DNA of 62,800 bases, filler included, from Bipalium vagum (lineage: Eukaryota): NCBI GenBank assembly GCA_037834085.1. It is 3 parts of 3 records of this genome, joined end to end, with 100 filler letters (N's around TTAATTAATTAA, not from the genome) between each part and the next. Parts side by side here need not be neighbours in the genome. Positions count along the whole stretch, not along the records: positions 43,763 to 62,800 come from JBBMKC010013069.1; 2 more parts are not named here. The stretch is one strand, 5' to 3'. Every line of letters begins with the position of its first letter. Within the stretch, counting starts at the first letter, position 1. A program made the translations under genes and the position numbers. The notes under the pieces were generated by a model that was not told the DNA's origin, did no database searches, and worked only from the letters and a program-made list of their open reading frames with translations. Of the stretch, positions 52,619 through 62,800 are shown in pieces.

Positions 52619-53670
52619 TTGGATCACGTTGTTATCATCTTCGGACCGCTGTTTGTCTTCTGTTTTAATGATATTTGATGAAGCTACCAGTGCATGCAGA
52701 GTTGGCATCACTGTCTTCTGGATGCTGCGAAGAGCACTGGACACCAAAGTGGGAGATATATAATCTGAACACAGGGTGCTCGTGCTGTTACTTACACTCT
52801 TGAGAGTTGGATCTTCGTTATTGGTGGATAGCAAATAATTTATTTCTGTACTAGAAACTTTCAATTTGCTCGAAGACAATGGAGAATCGTTTGTGTTCGA
52901 TGTCGTTGAATTCGACTCGCTCACTGAATGGTCACTGTTAGAGTTGCTGTGCGATATACTGATGGGAACCGTAAGCGTTATCGTGGCCATTTCCGATATG
53001 GAATTAGGAACGGGTTCGTTTTTTTTTTGTAAAAGTGTTTGATTGCTTATGGAGTTGGTTGAATTGTGAAGGATGCCATTGTAGATGGAAGTATGTGTTA
53101 TATGGGTCCGATCATCAGAATCGTGGTTGGTGCTAGAATCCATGGACATATTATTACCCGAACCAATGCACCACGTTTTGAAATTACGTAATCTAGCATT
53201 CTGATCCAAAAGTAGCTCGTTAGCCGTTTGAAGATCACTGGTTTGTTTTTGGAGATCGATCAGTTTCCGTTTAAGATTTTCATTTTCTTTTATTATTTGA
53301 TCAATTTCATCTTCATCGGGAGAATTTTTGGAAATATTCAATTTAGAATTGTTTGTTTGATGTTCCAAGTGAACATTAGAAAATGTTATCAGTTGGTCTG
53401 AGTGTTTGTTGGGTGCTGTTGTAGTTTGAAGTAACTGTAAATTATTATGATCGATTGCATTGTGGATTACTAATCCCGGCGTTGTAGCCGTTTCCAATGC
53501 AGTAACGCGATACTGTGTCAAGGGTACTGAGGATGGAAGATTGTGATGAATATAAATTGGTGTCAGAGTAGAATTGATTTTACTGGTATCATTGGCAGAT
53601 ATATCAATGTTGGTATTTATTTGCAGACCCTTTTGAACTATACAATTTTGATCATTCTGGTCAAATGATA
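52619..53670 (-). CDS. ZC3H10: ZC3H10-like exon with coiled coil
   Basis: tttttcag|TA, phase 1; contains IIKENENLKRKLIDLQKQTSDLQTANELLLDQNARLRN, similar to the ZC3H10 coiled coil (EN..LR.R..LKKQVS.LLATNE.LLEQNA.FRN); donor CAA|gttagt. Confidence 0.9.
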
Positions 53671-54892
53671 CTGAAAAACATTAATATGTAATTTTAAATA
53701 AAATATCGTCAAACTAATCTTTCATTTTCACGAGAAATATTTTTCTCGAATATTGAATATATTTTAAAAATAAAAATATTTTTATTAATTTGATTGGAAA
53801 TATTTTAACTAAAAAATAAATTATAAGAAATCAATAGTAAAATAAATAATTAATAGATTAAATTTAAAAATGAAAATGGCGATAAATATAATTGAAAATG
53901 AAAAATTACTGAAGATAAATTCCAAATGAAAGGATTTTTATTATAAATTGAAGTCAATAAGAATAATAAGGAAATAATAGAATGCTTATTTACTGCTGAA
54001 CCTTATTTCGAATAAGATTTGGAGGAACTTTATTTTTAGAAACGAAAAATATCTCATGATCATTCTGCCATAAATAACGATGATTTTAATACAATTTGCA
54101 TCTCTGAGTTCTTAAATGCCAAATCAAGATGAAAATTTTGAAGACTGGAAATAATTATTCTGCAATATTATATTAACTCCACGTTTTTTATGTTAAAACT
54201 ATTAATTTAATATCAATATTCCGAAAATTATTCTCTGCATTTTAATATTAAAATTGCGATATTATTCAAAAGGATTTTTTTTTCTTTCAATTACACACGA
54301 AATGTCATATTTTCAAAAATCATAAGTCAAAGAACTAGGTCAATGCTGGGATATTTACACACTTATTTGCAGAAAATAATTGAAAAAATCTAATTCCATT
54401 CTGACTCTCCAGGCACGTCGATAAAATCTGTTCTATTCAGATATGACAGTTAATTAAATGAATAAAAAACGCATTAAAAAGACATCTAACAATTTCAAAG
54501 AAAAAACGACATGGATCTGTGACGATTTCCCAGAAATTAAATTAGAAAAGTCCATTACAGAATCATTAGAATTTATTATTTTAGAAATCAAAGAAATCTG
54601 ATAAAATGAAGATAACCCAGTATATTTTAATCAATGTAACAATCTATATTTGCCAATTCATAATTAGAATAGTTTTAAGTAACAAAATCCATCATAATAA
54701 TCATCGTTAATGGATACACGAGAAAAGTAAATTTCCAATCAATTAAGAATTCAGAATTCTTCATCGACAGAATCGTAATATGACGACGTGTTTGGTATTC
54801 ATCGTCATCATCTCTACAATCTAAATTTAATGCATTAATCATGCTCCAGTAACCAAATGACAGTCAAATTGATAAATTGTAAATTATATTAC

Positions 54893-55754
54893 CGTTACGC
54901 TGTAATTGTTGCTGCTGTTGGATAGAATGCATCATTTCCGCAGTGGTGCATGGAGCAGAAATCAATGAGCATGGAGTTGCAACCGATAAGATTGACATTC
55001 CAACAGGCGGCTTGTTGAGAGAGTACTGTTGATTTGGACTGGGATTTGCATGAGCTACAGCCACAGCAGGGTTTATGATATGCGCTGTTGTGTTACTGGC
55101 AGCAACAACACCGGCACCACCTCCGCCGCCACCACCTAATGGAGCGGACAGCAATTGAGAATGGCTTTGACTATCGGATGAGATCAATGTAAATTGCGAC
55201 TGTATCGGATGGTGTTGTGGCAACGATACGCCTGGATTGTGAATGATACTACTATACACGACTTGTTGTGGCTGGATTTGACTGACCATCGTGTGCTGAT
55301 TTGACGCCGGAAGATGGTTGAGTACATCAGAATTAATGGATCCCACTTCATGAGCAACAGAACTTAGAATCGGGTCCTGGATGTATTGAAGGTTTGTTAA
55401 GCTCGGCTGAGCGATCAATTGCTGATGGGACGTTGAATACGATACAGACCCCAATGGGAGTGAAACTGTGAATTGTGTATTAGTCAGTGGCAAGCTGTTT
55501 CCCAATGAAATTGTTTGCGAAGGCAACACACTCACTTGTTGATTGGAAGAATAATGGTCTTGGTAATTAGAATAAAAAGTAGCACTGTTGGACATTCCCG
55601 GCTGAAATGCGTTTTGACCAATGGGCGATTGATAGGTGTAATTGGAATATTCTAAGGGTTTACTATCTTTGGTCTTGTTTTGCTGCTCAATTTCTTCCTT
55701 CGACAAATGTAGAAATTTACACTTGACTCTGGTGCACGCATTGTTAAGGTAATC
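54893..55754 (-). CDS. ZC3H10: ZC3H10-like exon: end of CCCH finger 3 plus Q/S/P/H-rich low-complexity region
   Basis: gatag|GAT; DYLNNACTRVKCKFLHL completes C-x7-C-x4-C-x3-H with the upstream YCK; 862 nt, phase 0 to 1; donor G|gtaata. Confidence 0.92.
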
Positions 55755-56812
55755 CTATCATTATCATGGAAAAATATTAATTATTGTAAAAAATCAATGT
55801 CAATATAACAAATAGTAAAAGAATGGATCATATTTGGGTTAATAAAATTGTTTACATTTTTCGTATTTGGCACTTAAATTTTCTGTCAAAATCCTCTGGG
55901 GACTTTCCAGACGACCTGATATGTTAATTATTTTAATTGTAGCATTTGCATTTTGATGGCATATTTCAAGAATGACAAATTTTTTAAACTTTTTTTTTAT
56001 TATAATAAGAAATCTCGACTAATGAAAAATAAATCTATTTCGAATTTCTGGTCTCAAATTTTATTTTTAAATTAAATGGAATTGTTCCAATCACATAAGA
56101 TGTCCAAGAAATTGAGTTGTCGAACAATGATCAATTCAAATGTCATGGATGTAATGATTTATACAAATGAGAGGCACGACAACACCTTATTAAACTTAAA
56201 CAAAACCAGTAAAATTGTAGATCATTCAAGGAATTTCTTGGTATGTAAAGGTAATTAGCAACTTTGATAATGACGAAAAATGTCTGTTAATCAAAAAAAT
56301 AAGAGATTGACAACCAAATAGTGGAAAATAAAAATTAATTAACTTTATGATTAACTAAAGATCAATATATTTATCACTAACAGCACAACACTTTGACACA
56401 TTGGATAAAAACTTATCGAACCAAACGAGCTGTTTATCTTAATAGACTTGTAGAAATATTTCCATGTGAAAACATCGAGTGCTTCCTTAAGTATCAAATA
56501 AACCAAATGGCTTTCGAAAGATTTTGAATAGACTCATTACAGTACCGATCATTTTAATCCACTATTTTAAAAGTTAAGAGAAAATTTTACTTATTTTATA
56601 TGCTGAGAAATTAAAATTTCATAATGTGTACAGTCAAGACGGGTCCGTATATTTATTTAATTTTAGGTTCATAGTTAATCAAATAGAAAAATTGAAATTT
56701 GTGATATCTGAAACGATATTTTTTAAAATAAAAATTGGAATGATGTACAAGAGAAAAATAATTTTAAAATAATTATGATATTTGAGAAATAGGTTTAATT
56801 TAAATGTTTTAC

Positions 56813-57216
56813 CTTACAATATGGCACTTGAGCATTATTGTTATACACTCCAGGCAGTAAAATACCTGTCGCGTAATAGAATTCCTGTTCCGGTCTGTTG
56901 CAATGGATGAATCGACACTGTGGACGGTTACAACCGTGGTTTTGAAAATCGTGACAAAAGTTAACTTCCATTTGACCGGTTGTATTAGTGTTTTCATTTT
57001 GGATTGGCGAACGTTTTACTGATGCAGGATGACTGTATTTACATTTTCGACCTCTTCTGCAAATGTTGCGAACAAAATCCCGGCATACAAAATCATTGTT
57101 CGAATCATCTGATTCGTTTAGCAGATGGGAAAAGTCACTTTTTAAAGATTCATAAGAATCATGATAATTTGAAGATTTCCTAATTTGAGATGTAAAGTCT
57201 ATTTTCTTTTGGATAT
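56813..57216 (-). CDS. ZC3H10: ZC3H10-like exon: CCCH fingers 1 and 2 (missed by the ORF track)
   Basis: VCRDFVRNICRRGRKCKYSHP and FCHDFQNHGCNRPQCRFIHC...EQEFYYATGILLP...VPYCK|gtaaaa; finger sequences are characteristic of ZC3H10. Confidence 0.95.
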
Positions 57217-57256
57217 CTAGACATAATTAAATTTATAAATAATTAACGAAAGAAAC

Positions 57257-57371
57257 CATCGTTTATAAAATCATACGCTTCACAATCTGCTGTGTAATCT
57301 TCCGGTTTATCACTATCAAAATTATTTTGATAAAATTTATACAAGCTGTCTTTACGACGTCTTTTATACAT
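57257..57371 (-). CDS. ZC3H10: ZC3H10-like probable first coding exon
   Basis: MYKRRRKDSLYKFYQNNFDSDKPEDYTADCEAYDFIND-G|gtttct gives the required phase 1 via a 40-nt intron; other donors are possible, so the boundary is uncertain. Confidence 0.6.
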
Positions 57372-57989
57372 CTGAATCAATTCTAAATAAAAAGTTATTT
57401 ACATCACAACAAAATTTTAGAACAAAACCAAAATATATTTTCAAAAGTTTACTTAATTAAAACATCATTTAAAAATAAATTAAATAAATTAAACAACTGT
57501 AACAAAATTTGATTTAATTAAACATATTAGAAATTATGTATTAGAAGATTTTGTAAAAATTATGATAAAATTCTACTAATTTTAAAAATTTTACTTTGAT
57601 TTGTATTTGTCATTTATTTGTAAAAAGTTTTGAATGGTAAATTAATTTTAAATTGTAATTCAATATTCTAGATTTATATTTTTAAATTCTCGTAAATATC
57701 TTTCTTATGTGAATATAATATCTATATATGTACTCAGATCTGTCTAATGTTATTTCATATGTATTGCAATAGTGACTTAGTTAATATACCAGTTTAAGAC
57801 TAACCTCTCAAAATATTATTTTTTCCAAATTCAGAAATAATCATGTGTAGAATTACTAACTGTTTCAGATAATATAAGAGAGTGCAAAGTATAACTGGTG
57901 AGTAAAGTTCAAACAAAAAGTTTTGCATATTTAATAATTCTTATCAGCCTACATCTGGTATGAAGACACCATCCATATCCGGGCTGTCT

Positions 57990-58290
57990 TATAATTGCAC
58001 TATTAACCATTAAATACCTGTATTGCTACAATCTCGAGATCTCATCGATGTATGGTGCTGGAAGAGCTGGCGATTCCATAACTGATAGCTGGGTTCCTTA
58101 TACTGAACACGTCTTCAAAGCTGATTGTCACTTTAGTATCGCGTGTCACAATTTACATGTTATCCCCATCTAGTTATACTGATCGGAAAGCTTTTATATA
58201 CGAAATGAGTATGATGATTCACACTGGGAGGATCGTGTGGAGAACCGAAACATGGGATCTTTCATAGTCACGGCCCATCCTTCCCATAAT
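57990..58290 (-). mobile_element. probable Tc1-like C-terminal relic
   Basis: RRVQYKEP..QLWN....SMRSR.VAIQVFNG..CNY across frameshifts. Confidence 0.35.
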
Positions 58291-59818
58291 TTGTTGATAA
58301 AAATTATTTTACGATCAACGTTAGTAGTTAATAGTTCCACATATCCCAAAATATTTTTTTTCGATTTTTAACTCTAACGGTCGCAAAACAATCTCACTCT
58401 CTCAAAAATTATTACAGTTTACAGGATATGTTCCACTATTCATATTCTGAAAAATTAAAAAATTTACAAAAAAATTTTTTCCCAGTATAATTATTTTTTA
58501 AAAAATTATAAAAATGATCTTTTAAGACTTCCTTTTCTAAAGGAGAAAATAAAAATCTCACTTTTTTGATAAATGACAAAATTGAAAGTAAGTTAAATTT
58601 TCTTTTTAAAAATTGTTAATATTCTACTGAATATTAATCAGTTTTTACTTTTATCCGTGGTTTTCAAACTCTTTTACTGCTCTCTAATTACAATGACTAT
58701 TTTGTACTTCCTTTCGGGCAAAGATAAAAAAATATTGACAATTTTTTAAAATTTATTCAATAACTCTAAACAAAAACCAAAGTACCAAATCAAAAATAAT
58801 CACATGAAGGATCAACCATTTCTGATCAAAAAAATTTTCCTTCCTGTTTACTTAATTCATCCAAAATTCAATTCTATCTTTAATTCAATTTATAAGTTCT
58901 CCAAAATTCACAATTTCACTTAAATTCCTAATCTTAAATTATTACGCAATAATTCTGTTTTTTCTAATTTTAATTCTCGTTAAAATCTCAACTGACTCTC
59001 GACTAACTTTCTCGACTGAGTATGGAGACTCTGCTATTTTATTATATAAAAATTAGAATACAGTAACCTACCAATGACTATTTTCTTTTTTGTTAATTTA
59101 TGGAGAAACTGGGAGTCTCTAAATATTAAGGTCATTCCGTACGTATTTTTTTCTGAGTTGAATAATCAATTATTTCATAAGTAAATTAAATGATGAAGTC
59201 TTGAAAAAAATGTTTTCTTTTTAATATAGCAAAAGGTTTATTAAAAATTTAGGAATTTTGAATTATTATCTTTTATGAATTATTATAATTGGCGCAACTC
59301 TTATCTAGCTCACCTGATCTACACTGAGGTTGTTGTGAGCCTACCTAAAGAGCTCGTATCTCACCCTCTAACGAAAAAACAAAAACAAATACTCTAAAAA
59401 TGTATTCAATAAAATGAGAGTAAGACCCTTTTTAATTAGACAAACAAACTGCAACAATCGGCAGTCAGACTAAATCAGCAAACTTTTCAGATAGTCACTT
59501 AAAAAGCAACAAACTGCTCAGGCAGTCTTTCAAACAATCTCAAACATCTTTTAATTAAAAAGCTGTGCGAGGGAAAATCCTGGTCAGCAAAATAAAGTTA
59601 CCAATAAAAACCATACCTATTTTAGTAGCAATTTTCTGGTCTAAAAATAATGAATGTTCACTGGCTTATATACTATTTTACTATTCAATTTAGCGTCTCT
59701 GCTTGGCCAGTTAAGCATTCAATCATGACGTACTTTCTAAATTTATTATTATTATTATACAAAATATTAAATTAATCAATTATTATTATATCTATTATTA
59801 TTATTATCATAAAAAATT

Positions 59819-60230
59819 ATCATGGTGAATCACAAGTTTTTTATTTTTAGCTATCTTACACATTTGTTTAATAGTATAATTTAAATTTTAGATTTATATA
59901 AAAAAAGTGGTATCATTTTAAAGCTACTTAAAAACTGAATCGATGTACGCTTTAAGATACAAAATTTCTAAATTTAATTAAATTATTTTAAATTTCAGAA
60001 TGATTGATAAAAAATAGTTGTTCAAGTATTATTAAGACATTACTGGAAAAAAAATCTGCGATGCGGAAGGCAAGGATTTTTTCAAGGAAAAGGCAATGGT
60101 GGTTTCGTCACTTCAACTTAGGAAACACGAGTTTTGAAAATCAGGACGTCTAGGTCGGCCATCAATGATGAAGAAGGAAAAATTTTGTGATCTAGTAGAA
60201 CAGCAATCTAGTACCAACACAAGCTGTACT
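59819..60230 (+). mobile_element. mariner 5' relic, same family as 39570-40477
   Basis: RHYWKK..ICDAEGKDFF...WWFRHFNLGNTSFENQ.RLGRPS; TIR and 5' UTR align with 40477-40060. Confidence 0.85.
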
Positions 60231-62800
60231 CACAATTATTAATTTTCAAGTGTAAAGTAAACATATTGAAACATGTATCAAAATAGTATTATATTAAATA
60301 AGTTTATTTTCTTTTGAAATTTTATATAAACAGGAACTATATAAAAATTAAAAAGTTACTGCTTACTTGACTAAAATATTTATTCATTCAAATTAAAATT
60401 TTTATAGATAATATTTCTTAAATAATTGAGAATTCCAGTGAGCAGCACCTCACAAATCTTATGGGAATTTAATTTTAAAGTCTTACATATAACTGGTGAA
60501 GTCGTAAAATGCAGTTTTGGAAATAGTCAAAAATATTATAAATAAATAAATACACATATTTATTATTTCCAGAGCTATTTATAGGATGAAATGTCAAATT
60601 TCGGAAATAAATTTTTCCACGAGATCCTGAGATATAGAGAACAAACATAATCTATGAAAACGAATCATTTATTAAAAAAATCCATAATATAATAAATAAT
60701 TTTAAAAAAACGTATTTTATTTTTAAGAAATCATTATAATACAGATAATTGATTATTTTCTCAAATTGATTTGTCGATCTTTGAAATAAGAAAACATTAG
60801 GAAACCACAATTAACTTCGTAGATAAATGATGTTAAAACCGATCAATTATGATACAATAGCTATTCAAGACAGCAGTGTCTCCATACCTTTAAAGACAAA
60901 AGAATATAAATTTATTGAAAATTACTTTTTATCTTTAAGAAATCTTTGATTGATTGTACATACGGACTTCTAAGAAATATAATTTTCACACAAGTCCATA
61001 ATATTTTATTTATTTGACAATCCGGTTTTGAAGAGACTTGAATGTATCTTAGGTAGAATAAAACTTTCGAATTTACTCTCCCGATCTTAATCGCATTTCA
61101 TAATCTCAAATTTTTTCAAAATAAATAAATTTTTTTAAACAAATTAAAGTTAAAATATAATATTTAATCACAACCATTCGTCTATTGTTTGTCTTCGAAT
61201 ATGAAAGCATAGAAAGGTTAATAACCTAAACCTTCATCTTTGAAAGGTGACAAGAATTATTCGTATTAGCTTCTCGAATATTATTTTTCTGTTATCATAT
61301 TATCATATTTTTGATTTAGGTAATAATTCATAGATACTACCTTCCGCTTGACGTTGCCGTGTAAATCCTTCATGGTATGACTGGCTGGGTCTCCAAACGT
61401 GTTATGGATAGCCCTTGTTGATTGTCGCTCATGGTAAGAAATGTGTCGCCATTGAATTTAATTGATAATTTATTTTAGCATCCTCCTGAATTACGTATTA
61501 AGGATACTGATCGCAGAAATAAACAATAACTGAAATTGATTTTTGCAAATAAATGTATTTGCTAACTTTTTAAATATGCGTTTTCTCTAGACCGTATGTC
61601 ATTTTAATTATAAGGTTCTAGAATATAAATGGTCTAGAATATACATAATAATTATAAATTAATTATTAAAAGACCGAAAAAGGGTTAAAGTGCAAATGAT
61701 ATTAATAATAAAATAATAATTTTTCATTTTCCAAAAATGATCTAATCTTGACAATGGGGCAAATGTCGAATTATCAAGATTATATCAGGTTCAGCAAGTA
61801 GGGACCGATTTGGATTTAATGGCCTAAAAAGGGAATTGACTAATTAGTCGTCTGACCAGTATGGTATAAAAGACACTAGAATCATCAATGAATTGCTTGA
61901 AAAACTATAGTTAGAAAATTTCTTCAAGTATTATATTTGAAGTATTAGAAGTCATTTGAAGCATCAGAAGCCATTTGAAATGTCAAAAGTCAAAGTCAGA
62001 GGATTTGGGTTTAAGAAGACAGTTTTATGTGACAAGAGCCAATGATGGGTTCTGCGCTGCTAAGGCGTTTATGAGTAAATCGGTTTTAGCTCATCAAATG
62101 ACCCTTAGATTTATCGTCTACTGGATCGGTGAGATCTATATTGCATTGTTTCATTTTTATTTATTTTTCATTAGTTAACAATTAACATTAATGTTATTAA
62201 TTATTTTGGTGAGTATTGAACTTTTGTTGATTTGATTATTCTGTTTGATTGTTTTGTTTTTCTGCATTATTGATTCTGACTATTTGATACATTTTACCTT
62301 GTGCTATTGTGTAATTATTGTTTTATTTGTAACTAAACGAATAAAGTCTTATTGTAGTCGCTTGATTCATTTATTTTGCGAACACGTTATTGACAAAAGT
62401 GACAGGGTCACTAAAGTCATTAGCTAGCTTTACGGATATTTTCTTAATAATTTGAAAGTGTAACATGGATAGTAAAGAAATAGACGTTCTAATTTTTTTC
62501 TAAACATCTCAACTTTTTAAACAAGATAATTATAATTTAATATTTTCAAAAATTGCATTATAACGGTTTATAAATATTGTTGGGTTTACCCAAGACACCA
62601 AGAAAACATAAATATATTATAAATAATAATAATAATAATAAAAATTAATTAACACTCAAAAAGTAATTTAAAAATTCCCAGGAATTCTATTTTGGAAATA
62701 CTCAGAAAATAAAAGTACTCTAAAAAAATAATTTGTATTTTTAAAGAAGCCTGAAAGAGGTATTTTAGTAAATATTAAGGATCATAATAAAATAATTTTT

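Noticed and set aside
55898-55908. GGGGACTTTCC, an exact kappaB site, in a ZC3H10 intron
   Set aside because: Single occurrence with no supporting context; cannot be distinguished from chance
59287-59700. TAATTGGCGCAAC as a gypsy-type PBS with downstream leader
   Set aside because: Short match, no identifiable LTR or gag sequence

Overview
Very AT-rich (roughly 20-25% GC by eye), intron-rich eukaryotic DNA. It is almost certainly from a flatworm, because it carries a gene with the flatworm-type architecture of two EF-hands plus a dynein-light-chain-like domain (TAL family). The window is three assembly pieces joined by identical artificial 100-nt spacers (44 N + TTAATTAATTAA + 44 N at 20255-20354 and 43663-43762). 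Host genes, reconstructed by hand from splice sites and reading phase: (1) two C2-domain exons of a conventional protein kinase C (minus, 7668-7821 and 4340-4574); (2) the last two exons of an onecut homeobox gene (plus, 28810-28952 and 29078-29992) with an unusually long C-terminal tail; (3) a complete 3-exon, 185-aa TAL gene (minus, 45290-46442); (4) a ZC3H10-like triple-CCCH zinc-finger gene (minus, about 49846-57371, about 870 aa) with several candidate alternative 3' exons. The rest is (TAT)n microsatellite and about 25 decayed mobile elements: several mariner subfamilies, Tc1, rosa/DD41D-like, pogo/Tigger, Merlin, Penelope-like, a MITE and LTR remnants. One full-length Hsmar1-like mariner is nested inside an older mariner. 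Best leads: a 288-bp TRIM-like miniature LTR element whose outer termini pair with each other (27690-27977); an LTR-like segment containing five dyads that all have 6-nt spacers (43922-44440); the duplicated-acceptor 3' end of ZC3H10; a TAL with a canonical EF1 and a disabled EF2; and a weak spliced-leader-RNA-like locus near 61.4 kb. No prokaryote-type system (CRISPR, operon) is present.
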